Source: an uncultured Bacteroidia bacterium (lineage in GTDB: Bacteria > Bacteroidota > Bacteroidia > Bacteroidales > CAJPTX01). From it: a stretch of DNA of 64,000 nt. Location: assembly GCA_938038735.1 (NCBI GenBank), contig CALHSW010000029.1:39829-103828 (forward strand), written 5' to 3'. The notes beneath the pieces are model-generated. The model had not been told where the DNA came from. It saw only the letters and a program-made list of their open reading frames with translations, and did not search any database. The stretch's first letter is position 1, and each line of letters starts with the position of its first letter. Shown here in pieces: positions 20,331 to 30,287 of this stretch. The translations under genes were made by a program, and so were the position numbers.

Positions 20331-21512
20331 ATGGCGAAAAAGGCGGAGAAGAAGGCGAAGGTGGCGCGAATACTCGTGGTGGATGATGAGCGGGCAATTC
20401 GTGATACGCTGAAGGGGATACTGGAAGACGAGGGTTACGATGTGACGGCAGCGGAGGATGGCGCAGAGGCGTTGGCGCTGTTTGAGAAGTCTCCTTACGA
20501 TGTTGTGCTCTGCGATATCAAGATGCCGAAGATGGATGGAGTAGAGGTGCTGGAGAAGCTGTTGGAGCTGGGTGATGTGCCGGTGGTGATGATTTCGGGT
20601 CATGGGACGATAGAGACGGCTGTGGATGCGATGCGGCGCGGGGCGTACGATTATATAGAGAAGCCATTGGACTTGAATCGGTTGCTGGTGTCGGTTCGCC
20701 ATGCGTTGGATCGGTCGCATTTGGTACGAGAGACGCGTGTCCTTCGCCAGAAGGTGCATGATTCGTATAGAATGATAGGAGAGTCGGCTGCGTTGAACGA
20801 AATTCGACGGATGATGGAGCGTGTGGCACCATCACCGGCGAGGGTATTGATAACAGGGGAGAATGGAACGGGCAAAGAGCTTGTGGCACATGGGATACAT
20901 GATCTTAGTGCCTGTTCAGGAGGACCCTTCCTAGAGGTGAATTGCGCGGCGATTCCATCAGAGCTTATTGAGAGCGAACTCTTTGGTCACGAGAAGGGTT
21001 CGTTTAGTGGGGCAGACCGACAGCGCATAGGAAAGTTTGAGTTGGCTGATGGCGGTACGCTCTTCCTTGATGAGATAGGTGATATGAGCCTTAGCGCGCA
21101 GTCGAAAGTGCTACGAGCCTTACAGGAAAACAGAATCACCCGTGTTGGAGGGGATAAGGACATTGAGGTGACCCCCAGGGTGATAGCGGCAACGAATAAG
21201 AATCTTCTTGAGGAGATAAAGAAGGGTACTTTCCGAGAGGATTTGTACCATCGGTTGAGCGTGATACTCATTCATGTGCCTCCGTTACGTGCGCGAGCTG
21301 AGGATATACCGCTGCTGGTAGATTATTTCTTGACGAAATTGGCGGCAGAGCAGGGGATTGCGAAACGTAAGATTGCCCCAGAGGCAGTACAACGATTGCA
21401 GAGAATGGAATGGAGAGGGAATATTAGAGAGCTTCGGAACGTGGTGGAGCGGTTGACTATTCTCTCCGACGATACCATCGACTTGCGGGATGTGGAGCAG
21501 TATGCCCTATAA
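20331..21512 (+). CDS. Sigma-54-dependent response regulator (receiver plus AAA+ domains) lacking a C-terminal HTH
   Basis: Receiver ILVVDDE..D..KMP. Walker A GENGTGKE. GAFTGA-loop variant EKGSFSGA. Sensor II RGNIRELRNVVER. The protein ends 15 aa later with no Fis-type HTH. Confidence 0.85.
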   Translation: MAKKAEKKAKVARILVVDDERAIRDTLKGILEDEGYDVTAAEDGAEALALFEKSPYDVVLCDIKMPKMDGVEVLEKLLELGDVPVVMISGHGTIETAVDAMRRGAYDYIEKPLDLNRLLVSVRHALDRSHLVRETRVLRQKVHDSYRMIGESAALNEIRRMMERVAPSPARVLITGENGTGKELVAHGIHDLSACSGGPFLEVNCAAIPSELIESELFGHEKGSFSGADRQRIGKFELADGGTLFLDEIGDMSLSAQSKVLRALQENRITRVGGDKDIEVTPRVIAATNKNLLEEIKKGTFREDLYHRLSVILIHVPPLRARAEDIPLLVDYFLTKLAAEQGIAKRKIAPEAVQRLQRMEWRGNIRELRNVVERLTILSDDTIDLRDVEQYAL

Positions 21513-21527
21513 TTCCGAAATGGGGGA

Positions 21528-22466
21528 ATGGCGTTGGATATAACGATATTAGGCAGTGGCAGCGCATTGCCCACATCAAGGCGAATGCCATCGGCTCATG
21601 CGATTCAGAGTGGAAGCAGAACCTACTTGGTGGATTGTGGGGAAGGAACGCAGATGCGTCTTTTTGGTGCGAAAATCTCGTTTGAATCGATATCTGCCAT
21701 CTTTTTAACCCATGCGCATGGAGACCACACGTTGGGATTATTTGGTCTGCTGGCCTCTATGGGGATGCAGCATCGGAGGAGTGGGTTGACGGTGTATGGG
21801 CCTAGAGGTTTTGAGGAGGTCTTTTGGACGAACGTACACTTCTTTTTGGAGACGGTAGAGTTTGACCTACGCTATGTGTCGCTGGATGATGACGATGCGA
21901 GGATTGTACATCAAGACAGACAGGTGACGGTGGAGAGCATACCGCTTCGGCATCGGATTCCAACGGTAGGTTTTGTTTTTAGGGAAAGGGAAAGGCCGTT
22001 GAACGTACGCCGTTCGGCGGTAGAGCGATACGGTTTGTCGCTTGAGGAGATTGCATGTGCAAAGCGCGGGGAGGATGTTTTGCGAGAGAAGATGACGATA
22101 CCAGCGTCAGCTATAACGTTCCGTCGGCATGAACCCATTAGCTACGCATATATGAGTGATACCCGTTTTAGCGAGCGGGCGATAGCGATGGTGGGACATG
22201 TGGATGTGCTCTACCATGAGGCTACCTACATGGACGATTTGGTGCGTCATGCGAAGGAAACAGGGCATAGCACGACGCGTCAGGCTGCGGAGTTCGCAAG
22301 GCGGGTTGGGGCTGAAAAGTTAATTGTCGGGCATTTTTCGTCCCGTTACGAAGATGTGGAGCCAGTAATAGCCGAGGTTAGAAGCTATTTTCCGAAAGCA
22401 GAAGCGGCGCAAGAGGGGGATAGGTATAGGATATCGAATTGCAATGGAGAAGAGGAGTCGCTTTGA
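21528..22466 (+). CDS. rnz: Ribonuclease Z
   Basis: ILGSGSALPT N-terminus, HxHxDH motif THAHGDH, about 310 aa. Confidence 0.85.
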   Translation: MALDITILGSGSALPTSRRMPSAHAIQSGSRTYLVDCGEGTQMRLFGAKISFESISAIFLTHAHGDHTLGLFGLLASMGMQHRRSGLTVYGPRGFEEVFWTNVHFFLETVEFDLRYVSLDDDDARIVHQDRQVTVESIPLRHRIPTVGFVFRERERPLNVRRSAVERYGLSLEEIACAKRGEDVLREKMTIPASAITFRRHEPISYAYMSDTRFSERAIAMVGHVDVLYHEATYMDDLVRHAKETGHSTTRQAAEFARRVGAEKLIVGHFSSRYEDVEPVIAEVRSYFPKAEAAQEGDRYRISNCNGEEESL

Positions 22467-22499
22467 GTGCTGTTTAAAGGTGTTTCATAGAAAAGGGAT

Positions 22500-23861
22500 A
22501 TGGAGTCAACTGAGCTAGTAATATTTATAGGTCTACTTGTATTCGTTTCACACCTCTTTACGGGGCTGTTTGAGAAGAAGAGAATACCAGACGTGTTGTT
22601 GCTAATGATTATAGGTTTGATTATAGGACCTATACTCGGCTTGGTGAACGCAGAGTCGTTTGGAGTGGTAACGGATGTCTTTACTACGGTGACGTTGGTC
22701 TTTATTCTTTTCCATGGTGGACTCGACTTGCGCATAACGGCCATGCGCTCTGCGATGAAGGGGACAATGGCGTTGACGTTAGGTAATTTTTTTGTTACGA
22801 TGGCGGTTATCGGTTTGGTAGGATGGCTGCTAGTTGACATACCGCCGCTGTCGGCGTTCACGCTGGGTGCTATAGTGGGTGGAACATCATCGGCTGTGGT
22901 AATACCGTTGGTGCAGTTGTTGCAAATGCAGGACAGTAGTAAGACCATTTTGGTACTAGAGTCGGCTCTATCTGATGTGCTGTGTATCGTTTTCGTTTTG
23001 GCCTTTGCGCAGGCGCACGTGTCTGAGGAATTGAATGTAATGCAGATGGTAGGGAGCATTCTAAGTTCGTTCGTACTGGCTGGAATTATCGGAATAGCGA
23101 GTGCACTGCTTTGGTCGGCGATGTTGGCAAAGGTTAGAACGCTCAAGAATTCAATGTTTACAACGCCTGCGTTTGTATTCGTAGTGTATGGTGTATCGGA
23201 GCTGCTAGGCTTTAGCGGGGCGATTGCGGCGTTGGCTTTTGGGGTTTCCTTGGCGAACATCGATTTGTTTCCTATGCGCTACATCCGTAAGATACGCAGG
23301 GAGGGTTTGCAAACGTTTAACGATGTTGAGAAGCAATTCTTCTCAGAGCTTGTGTTCCTATTAAAAACATTCTTTTTTGTCTTCATAGGGGTGTCCATTC
23401 GGTTTTCCAATGTGTGGACAATGGTTCTCGGAGTGTTACTTACTGTCATCATTTACATCATACGTATACCAATTGTCAAGTTTTCAGTGCGTCAACCTCT
23501 GCCGACGTTGGATCTTACGGTAATGGCTGCAATGGTTCCTAAGGGATTGGCTGCGGCAGTATTGGCGGCAGTACCTATGCATTTTGGAATGCCTAGCGGG
23601 GGGCTGATTAGAGATGTAGTATATGCAGTGATTTTGACGAGTATCGTCTTAACCAGCGTATTGATACCGTTGTTGGAGAAAGTGCCAATGGTTAGAGCGT
23701 TCTACGCAGTGATTTTTAGGCGTAGGAGTGCGTTTACAACGGGCAGAGAGGAGGAAGAGGCAGTAAAGGAAACAGAAGAGACGAAAGAAGTAACAACGGT
23801 AGAAGAAACTTCGGAACAGCTTGATAAAGAGGTGTCCAGCGAGAAAGGTACGGAAGAATAG
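22500..23861 (+). CDS. Cation:proton antiporter (CPA family Na+/H+ exchanger) with an acidic C-terminal tail
   Basis: Polytopic membrane protein with a typical CPA N-terminus (LLVFVSHLFTGLFEKKRIPDVLLLMIIGLIIGP). Confidence 0.75.
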   Translation: MESTELVIFIGLLVFVSHLFTGLFEKKRIPDVLLLMIIGLIIGPILGLVNAESFGVVTDVFTTVTLVFILFHGGLDLRITAMRSAMKGTMALTLGNFFVTMAVIGLVGWLLVDIPPLSAFTLGAIVGGTSSAVVIPLVQLLQMQDSSKTILVLESALSDVLCIVFVLAFAQAHVSEELNVMQMVGSILSSFVLAGIIGIASALLWSAMLAKVRTLKNSMFTTPAFVFVVYGVSELLGFSGAIAALAFGVSLANIDLFPMRYIRKIRREGLQTFNDVEKQFFSELVFLLKTFFFVFIGVSIRFSNVWTMVLGVLLTVIIYIIRIPIVKFSVRQPLPTLDLTVMAAMVPKGLAAAVLAAVPMHFGMPSGGLIRDVVYAVILTSIVLTSVLIPLLEKVPMVRAFYAVIFRRRSAFTTGREEEEAVKETEETKEVTTVEETSEQLDKEVSSEKGTEE

Positions 23862-23895
23862 TAGTTCGTGTGCATGCGGAGTGTGAAAATTTATT

Positions 23896-23903
23896 TACCT
23901 TTG
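23896..23903 (+). promoter_or_regulatory. -7 box TACCTTTG for tRNA-Arg
   Basis: Perfect TAnnTTTG match 13 nt upstream of the tRNA 5' end. Confidence 0.6.
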
Positions 23904-23915
23904 CAGCCGAAGTGA

Positions 23916-23989
23916 GGCCCCGTAGTTCAGCTGAATAGAACGTCAGATTCCGGTTCTGAAGGTCGTGGGTTTGAATCCCGCCGGGGTCA
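23916..23989 (+). tRNA. tRNA-Arg (anticodon CCG)
   Basis: The cloverleaf folds by hand: acceptor GGCCCCG/CGGGGTC, anticodon stem TCAGA/TCTGA with loop TTCCGGT, T-arm GTGGG-TTTGAAT-CCCGC. CCA is not encoded. Confidence 0.95.
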
Positions 23990-24128
23990 CTTTTTGGGCG
24001 CACCGCGCAACCCACTCTAGTGGAGGCGGTTGATTGCGCATTGGCTTTGCGAAGTGCTATTTATGTCGTTTAGCTGCGTTCAAAAGCAAGGTTTTTAACT
24101 ACGTAACACTTAAACATTATAAAAACAG

Positions 24129-24671
24129 ATGAAAAGACGGTTGGTGTTTTTTACGCTGTTAGCAGGCTTTCTGCTGATGGGTATGGCTGCCAAAGCGCAA
24201 CCAAAGGCCATTGGCGCAAGGTTCGGTTGGGTGGCTGAGGTGTCGTATCAACACACCTTAGGACCTGGCTTTTTGGAGTTGGGTTTGGGTATTCCAGGGT
24301 ATAACGCTGGTATTGCGCTCGACGGAACGTACAATTGGGTAGCCTATCAAAACAACTCCGGGAAGAGGGATCACTTCGAGTTCTTTGTGGGTGGCGGTTT
24401 AGGTCTTCACACTATTTTTTATCGAGGAGGATATAATTACAGCGCGTATGATCAGGATGGCAACTTGATTGTCAAAAATCAGCCGGATTGGTATACAGGG
24501 GTCGGAGTTGGGCTTATGGGGAGCATTGGCATCCAATACCAATTCTCTTTCCCATTCCAGATTGGCATATCGTGGCGTCCGATGTTCGGAGGCTACTTTA
24601 CCAATGGTGCGTCTGGGTTTTACCTCCCAGGCTTATACGATGGGGGCATAGCGTTCCGTTACGTGTTCTAG
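24129..24671 (+). CDS. Small outer-membrane beta-barrel protein
   Basis: Signal peptide ending AKAQ, alternating G/Y/aromatic beta-strand pattern, C-terminal aromatic residue (..AFRYVF). Confidence 0.55.
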   Translation: MKRRLVFFTLLAGFLLMGMAAKAQPKAIGARFGWVAEVSYQHTLGPGFLELGLGIPGYNAGIALDGTYNWVAYQNNSGKRDHFEFFVGGGLGLHTIFYRGGYNYSAYDQDGNLIVKNQPDWYTGVGVGLMGSIGIQYQFSFPFQIGISWRPMFGGYFTNGASGFYLPGLYDGGIAFRYVF

Positions 24672-24700
24672 TCAAGGATTGCTCTTTAGTGTAGAATTGA

Positions 24701-24744
24701 GAGCGCAGAGGCTGCTAAAGCGTAGCAGTCTCTGCGCTCTTCTT
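24701..24744. terminator. Hairpin terminator between convergent genes
   Basis: GAGCGCAGAG..CTCTGCGCTC outer stem with an inner GCTGCT/AGCAGT extension, followed by TTCTT. Confidence 0.6.
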
Positions 24745-24748
24745 ATGG

Positions 24749-25117
24749 CTACTTGAATGCGAAGTAGACAGCTATAATGAGCAGTAGAAATGCCACGAAG
24801 TGGTTCCAACGGAGCGGCTCACCCCGAAAGAAAAGTACTGTGAAGAGGGTGAAAATGGTAATAGAAATCACCTCCTGCACCACCTTAAGCTGTACGAGGG
24901 AGAAGTGGCCCCCATTGCCTATGTATCCGAAACGGTTGGCGGGCACTTGAAAGGCGTATTCAACGAAGGCTAGACCCCAACTCATCAGGATGACAACAAT
25001 GAGCGGCGTTGCATCGGTGAGTACCCTCATCTGTTGCAGCTTGACGTGACCATACCAGGCGAACGTCATAAAGATGTTAGAAACCACGAGAAGCAGTACC
25101 GTGTATATACCTTTCAT
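24749..25117 (-). CDS. DMT-superfamily small membrane protein (DUF486-like)
   Basis: 122 aa with four hydrophobic helices. N-terminus MKGIYTVLLLVVSNIFMTFAWYGH is typical of DUF486. Confidence 0.65.
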   Translation of the reverse strand: MKGIYTVLLLVVSNIFMTFAWYGHVKLQQMRVLTDATPLIVVILMSWGLAFVEYAFQVPANRFGYIGNGGHFSLVQLKVVQEVISITIFTLFTVLFFRGEPLRWNHFVAFLLLIIAVYFAFK

Positions 25118-25145
25118 TTCTCAATTATTCTGTTCCTACGAGCTG

Positions 25146-25153
25146 CAAAATTA
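25146..25153 (-). promoter_or_regulatory. -7 box TAATTTTG (minus strand)
   Basis: The plus strand reads CAAAATTA, 29 nt upstream of the ATG at 25117. Confidence 0.45.
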
Positions 25154-25288
25154 GGGTGAGAAATCGGAAAAGCGAAGATTTTCATTAGCGTGTTTTGTTC
25201 ATCTACCGCAGTTTTAGAGCTTTTCGGGGTGATTATGAGAGGAAAATAAAGTAAATTCGCGGCGGTTGTCAAAGGAGGGTTTCAACGA

Positions 25289-27613
25289 GTGGCGAAAAAG
25301 AAGAGCATACGCAATCGCTTGGTGGTGTCGGTGCTGCTGGTGGCAGTGGTATCATTTGCGCTTTCCGTGGGGGTGCTTACCGTCCGTTTCGCCAGCCAAG
25401 GGCGTGCAGCTACTGAGCAGCTCCTGAGTGCGAAGGTGACCGCCACAGCGCAACGCATCAATGAGCCGATGCGGCAGCGAATGGAACGGTTGCAGATATT
25501 TGCTCAAAGCGTAAGCGGGATGAGTCCGTCTACAGCGGAGCGGGAGGTCGCCACGCTGATACGTATCGCTAAACGCATGCTGATGCAGCAGCCGGAAACC
25601 AACTCTTTATGGGCTGCACTGGATTATAGGTACTTCCATCGCAATGTGGACAGCACCAATGAGAATGCTTTTCGCTTTCTACATTTCAAGTCAAATGGCA
25701 AGGAAATAACGCTTAACGACACGTTGTTTGCACAGGGTGATGAGCGTTATACGCGCCTGCGAGATGGAGCTGTGGCGCAGGTTCTGTCGCCTAGGTTTGA
25801 GGTTGAGAGCCGAACCGACTCAACGCTTTCGTTGACTTTTATAGCCCCTGTGTTTGACTCCTCGGGGCGCAGCATGGGGCTTGTGGGTGTTGATGTTCCT
25901 CTCAAGGATTGTCATGCAGAGGCGCAGCGCAGCGTGGCGGTGGCTGGGGCCTACTCCATGGTGGTGGCGAACGATTTGACCCTCGTATCGCATCCCAACA
26001 CGAGCAATATTGGACAGCCATTTGAGAAAGTGCTAACCACCATGCCGAATATCATTGCGGCGATGGATCGTATGCAGCAGGGCGATACGGTGCGCATGTC
26101 GTATATGAATACGGCGAGCGGTCAACTCCAAGTGTTTTTTAGTGCTCCCATTCGCCTGTCTCAAACCGACACTCCATGGGCTTTCTGTGAAGTAGTCCCC
26201 CTTTCCTCGCTTGTTGCCCCCACGAGGAGTTCGTTGCGTACCATCGTTGGTGTGTCTATTGTAGGGCTGCTACTCCTCGTGGTAATGCTGGTCTTTATAG
26301 CAAACCGGTTGGCCCATCCGTTGGCGAAGGCCAGCGAAAGCCTACGGCAGCTGTCTCAAGGGAATCTTGATGAGTCGCTCCGTCTCCACGTAGCCCGACG
26401 TGACGAACTGGGAGAAATAGCGCGCTCCACTAACCATCTGTTGGAGGGGCTTCGTGATAAGGCGCATTTTGCAGAGGCCATAGGACAGGGGGATCTCACG
26501 GCATCCTATGATGCTGATGAGGGTGATATCTTGGGGCAGAGCCTCAAGGCTATGCAGGCCAGTCTGCGTGCTGCGAGCAAGCGTGAAGAGGCGCAGCGTC
26601 ACATTGAAAATCAGCAGGCGTGGGCTACAAAGGGGGTAGCGGAGTTCTCTGAACTCTTCCGTAAGAATACTGATAGTATCGATACGTTTAGCTACCAAAT
26701 GGTGCGAGCGTTGGTGGAGTATGTGGGGGCGAATGTGGGGGCGGTTTTTCTACTGGAAGAGGATGGGGCAACGCGGCCAAAGTACTATCGCATGGCGGCG
26801 AGCCATGCCTACGAGGTGCGTCGTTACAAGGATCATCGCATAGAGCTTGGTGAAGGGTTGGTGGGGCGTTGCGGGTTGGAGAAAAAACGCATACTGCTGA
26901 CCGATATTCCATCCGACTACGTGAAGATAGCATCTGGCTTAGGGCAAAGCACGCCACGAGCTCTGCTGCTCGTACCGATGATGGTTAGCGAGGAGCTTGT
27001 GGGCGTATTAGAGGTGGCGTCGTTTTCTCTGTTTGAGGAGTATGAGATACGCTTCATTGAGTCGATTGCGGGAACTTTTGCTGGTACGCTCTTGACTGTG
27101 AAAGGAAACCAGCGGACGCAGCTTTTACTGCAGGAAGCGCAAGAGCAGTCAAAGACCATGCGAGAGCAAGAGGATGCGATGCGGCAGAACCTCGAGGAGC
27201 TGCGGGCTATTCAAGAAGAGAACGAACAGCAAAAGGCTATTACGGAAAGTCTTGAGCATGCTGTGCAGGTGGCGTGCTTTGTGGCAGAGTTTGACCGCGA
27301 TGCCAGGTTGGTGCGTGTGAATGACGATTTCCTAGCCGAGATACGTGCGAGTCGTGAGGAAATGATTGGTACGCATGCCGCAGAGTTTTTGAGCCTACAT
27401 CAGGAGATAGCGCACGACTTCTCTCGCTTCTGGGAAGAGATACTATCGGGGGCCACCAAGCGGCAGATGCCCGTTGAGATGGTACGCCGTAACGAGCGGT
27501 TCCATTTTATTGAGACCTATGCTCCCATATACGATGCGCAGGGGACAGTGACGGGCGTACTTCGTATAGGTTATCCCGCCCCCACAGGCGATAAGGAGGA
27601 GACCAATGCGTAG
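25289..27613 (+). CDS. Membrane sensor protein: periplasmic Cache-like domain, HAMP, GAF and PAS, with no recognisable output domain
   Basis: Two TM segments flank a ~290-aa extracytoplasmic region. The HAMP-like segment is PLAKASESLRQLSQGNLDESL..RRDELGEIARSTNHL. A GAF-like block and a C-terminal PAS-like block follow. I see no kinase, cyclase or MCP signalling motifs. Confidence 0.6.
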   Translation: MAKKKSIRNRLVVSVLLVAVVSFALSVGVLTVRFASQGRAATEQLLSAKVTATAQRINEPMRQRMERLQIFAQSVSGMSPSTAEREVATLIRIAKRMLMQQPETNSLWAALDYRYFHRNVDSTNENAFRFLHFKSNGKEITLNDTLFAQGDERYTRLRDGAVAQVLSPRFEVESRTDSTLSLTFIAPVFDSSGRSMGLVGVDVPLKDCHAEAQRSVAVAGAYSMVVANDLTLVSHPNTSNIGQPFEKVLTTMPNIIAAMDRMQQGDTVRMSYMNTASGQLQVFFSAPIRLSQTDTPWAFCEVVPLSSLVAPTRSSLRTIVGVSIVGLLLLVVMLVFIANRLAHPLAKASESLRQLSQGNLDESLRLHVARRDELGEIARSTNHLLEGLRDKAHFAEAIGQGDLTASYDADEGDILGQSLKAMQASLRAASKREEAQRHIENQQAWATKGVAEFSELFRKNTDSIDTFSYQMVRALVEYVGANVGAVFLLEEDGATRPKYYRMAASHAYEVRRYKDHRIELGEGLVGRCGLEKKRILLTDIPSDYVKIASGLGQSTPRALLLVPMMVSEELVGVLEVASFSLFEEYEIRFIESIAGTFAGTLLTVKGNQRTQLLLQEAQEQSKTMREQEDAMRQNLEELRAIQEENEQQKAITESLEHAVQVACFVAEFDRDARLVRVNDDFLAEIRASREEMIGTHAAEFLSLHQEIAHDFSRFWEEILSGATKRQMPVEMVRRNERFHFIETYAPIYDAQGTVTGVLRIGYPAPTGDKEETNA

Positions 27614-28886
27614 CGTGCCGCTTGCAGAGCGTATGCGCCCTCGTACTCTTGATGAATATGTAGGTCAAGCCCATTTGGTAGGCAAAGGGGCGGTGATGCG
27701 CCAAATGATTGAAACAGGCAATCTGTCTCCCTTTATTCTGTGGGGACCTCCAGGCGTGGGAAAAACCACATTGGCGCAGCTGGTAGCTAGGTCAACGGGA
27801 AGAGAATTTTATACGCTTAGCGCGGTTAGTGCTGGGGTGAAGGAGGTGCGTGAAGTTCTTTCGGAGGCTGCAAAGCTTTCGGCAAGCGGGATTGCTAAGC
27901 CCCCGGTGCTGTTCATTGACGAAATCCATCGGTTTAGTAAGTCGCAGCAAGACTCTCTTCTCGGTGCGGTGGAGCGGGGCGAGGTGGTGCTTATCGGGGC
28001 GACCACGGAAAACCCATCGTTTGAGGTGATAGCCCCTCTGCTGTCGCGTTGTCAGGTGTACACTTTACGGCAGCTGTCCCCTGAAGAGTTACAAACCCTA
28101 CTTGATAGGGCGTTGCGGGAGGATGCTGAACTGCAAAAGGTACATTTTGACATTCGGGAGCGTGAGGCCCTTTTTGGGTACGCCGCGGGCGATGGGCGTC
28201 GGTTGCTCAACATCGTTGAATTACTCTACAATGCTCGTAGTGGTGATAGGGTTGAGGTGTCCAATGCGCTTGTAGAGCATCTGCTGCAGTCGCATGCAGC
28301 GCGCTACGACAAGAAGGGAGAGCAGCACTACGACATGATTTCCGCCTTCATCAAGTCAATACGGGGTAGCGACCCCAATGGGGCGATTTACTGGATGGCG
28401 CGTATGCTCGATGGGGGAGAGGATCCCGTGTTTATAGCACGCCGAATGGTAATTTCTGCATCTGAGGATGTTGGATTAGCCAATCCCAACGCCTTGCTGC
28501 TGGCAATGTCGGGGTTTGATGCGGTGCGTGCGGTGGGCATGCCCGAGGCGAGAATTATTTTGTCGGAGGTGGCGGTCTATTTGGCGAGTAGCGCAAAGAG
28601 TAATGCGAGTTACCAGGCCATTAACAATGCGTTGAAGCTCGTACACGGTGAGGGGCCGCGTGAAGTGCCGTTGCACCTGCGCAACGCTGAAACCCAGCTA
28701 ATGCGCGAGTGGGGGTATGGCAGAGGGTATCAGTATGCACACGATTTCCTGGGGAATTTTGCCTACCAAGAATACCTTCCCGCGGGATTAGAGGGGCATG
28801 CATTTTATACCCCGCAGGATAACCCGCGTGAACGTGAGATGCGAGCACGCCTCGCACGTCTGTGGCGGGGAAAATATGGCTATTAA
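27606..28886 (+). CDS. rarA: Replication-associated recombination protein A (AAA+ ATPase)
   Basis: LAERMRPRTLDEYVGQ, Walker A GPPGVGKTTLA, MgsA C-terminal domain. Its ATG overlaps the upstream stop (ATGCGTAG). Confidence 0.9.
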   Translation: MRSVPLAERMRPRTLDEYVGQAHLVGKGAVMRQMIETGNLSPFILWGPPGVGKTTLAQLVARSTGREFYTLSAVSAGVKEVREVLSEAAKLSASGIAKPPVLFIDEIHRFSKSQQDSLLGAVERGEVVLIGATTENPSFEVIAPLLSRCQVYTLRQLSPEELQTLLDRALREDAELQKVHFDIREREALFGYAAGDGRRLLNIVELLYNARSGDRVEVSNALVEHLLQSHAARYDKKGEQHYDMISAFIKSIRGSDPNGAIYWMARMLDGGEDPVFIARRMVISASEDVGLANPNALLLAMSGFDAVRAVGMPEARIILSEVAVYLASSAKSNASYQAINNALKLVHGEGPREVPLHLRNAETQLMREWGYGRGYQYAHDFLGNFAYQEYLPAGLEGHAFYTPQDNPREREMRARLARLWRGKYGY

Positions 28887-28964
28887 GCTCAAAAGGTTGG
28901 GTATCGGTTTGTTGATTAGGGCTACAGTCTGCGCAATCAAGAATCTTCTAGTAGGGGAAAGACG

Positions 28965-30206
28965 ATGAAAGCAAAAATCATTTCTGTTGGTACAGAGCTT
29001 ACCATAGGACAGGTGCAGGATACAAATTCTAGCTTTCTCTCATCGGAGCTGGATGCATTGGGGGTGTACGTGGCGGGCATAGAGGTGATACCCGACAATA
29101 GGAAAACCATGCGCCGAGCGTTTGAGGAGAGCGTGGCGCAGCATGAGATAACCGTGGTAACGGGAGGTTTAGGCCCGACCGAAGACGACTTTACAAAGTT
29201 CGTGCTGCAAGAGATGTTCGGGGGTGAGTGGACGGAAGACGAAGCTACGCTCGCAGCAATAGTTGATTACTTTGCGCAGCGTGGGGAGGAGGCCTCCCAG
29301 CGGAATCGAGAGCAAGCGTTGGTGCCTTCTAGCTGTGAGGTTCTGTTTAATAGGCTAGGTACCGCGCCTGGGATGCTTTTTCGGCGTGGTGACCATTGGT
29401 TGGTGTCGCTACCAGGCGTACCGTTTGAGATGAAAGCTCTGTTTGCGGAGGTCGTAGAGCCGTTGATAATGGAACGGTTTAAGGCGAAGCATTTTCACCG
29501 CACGCTTCAGGTGTACGGCATCGCGGAGAGCGATTTGGCTGATAGGCTACGTGCATGGGAGGCGAGTTTGAGTCCAGAATTCACTTTGGCCTATCTCCCT
29601 TCCCCCGAATCCATAAGGCTACGTATAAGCGCAGTGGATGTGGCAACGAGTGAAACGGCAGCGCATGCGGAAAGAAAGGTTGAAGAGGTGCGCCAGATGC
29701 TAGGGTCGTTGCTCTTTGGCGAGGGGAATGAGTCGTTGGCGAGTGCCGTGGGAAAGTTGCTACTTGCCCAGAACGCCACGGTGGGCACTGCGGAGAGCTG
29801 TACGGGGGGTGGTGTGTGCCGTGCTTTAGTGACTGTGCCGGGGGCATCAACGTACGTGAAGGGTGGCGTAGTGGCTTATAGCAGTGCCATCAAGGAACAG
29901 TTGCTTGGCGTTAGGGCGGAGCAAATAGCCGACTGCGGTGCTGGGAGCGGCGAGGTGGCCGAGGCGATGGCCGAGGGGGTAAAACGGTTGCTCGGTACAG
30001 ACTATGCGGTATCAACCACGGGTGTGCTAGGTCCGCAGGGCGATGGCACCTGCACCCCCATAGGCACGGTATGGGTGGGCGTAAGCGGCCCTCGAGGGGT
30101 GCGCGCTAAGAGGTACGTGGTGCGTTCATCGCGAGAGGTGAGCATGGCGCGTAGCGTGAGCCATGCGCTTAATGCGTTGCGTCTCTACCTTCTAGGGGAG
30201 CTATAG
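28965..30206 (+). CDS. cinA: CinA family protein (MoCF-like N-domain plus nicotinamide-nucleotide amidohydrolase PncC domain)
   Basis: N-terminus MKAKIISVGTELTIGQVQDTNS, GGLGPTEDD, C-terminal TAESCTGG. Confidence 0.9.
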   Translation: MKAKIISVGTELTIGQVQDTNSSFLSSELDALGVYVAGIEVIPDNRKTMRRAFEESVAQHEITVVTGGLGPTEDDFTKFVLQEMFGGEWTEDEATLAAIVDYFAQRGEEASQRNREQALVPSSCEVLFNRLGTAPGMLFRRGDHWLVSLPGVPFEMKALFAEVVEPLIMERFKAKHFHRTLQVYGIAESDLADRLRAWEASLSPEFTLAYLPSPESIRLRISAVDVATSETAAHAERKVEEVRQMLGSLLFGEGNESLASAVGKLLLAQNATVGTAESCTGGGVCRALVTVPGASTYVKGGVVAYSSAIKEQLLGVRAEQIADCGAGSGEVAEAMAEGVKRLLGTDYAVSTTGVLGPQGDGTCTPIGTVWVGVSGPRGVRAKRYVVRSSREVSMARSVSHALNALRLYLLGEL

Positions 30207-30287
30207 GGTTGTGATAGACTCTACGCCAGCCAAAGTCCGTAGCTTCAGGAGAGAATAAAAGGTGTGCGAGGGGAAGGGGTAGAAAAA

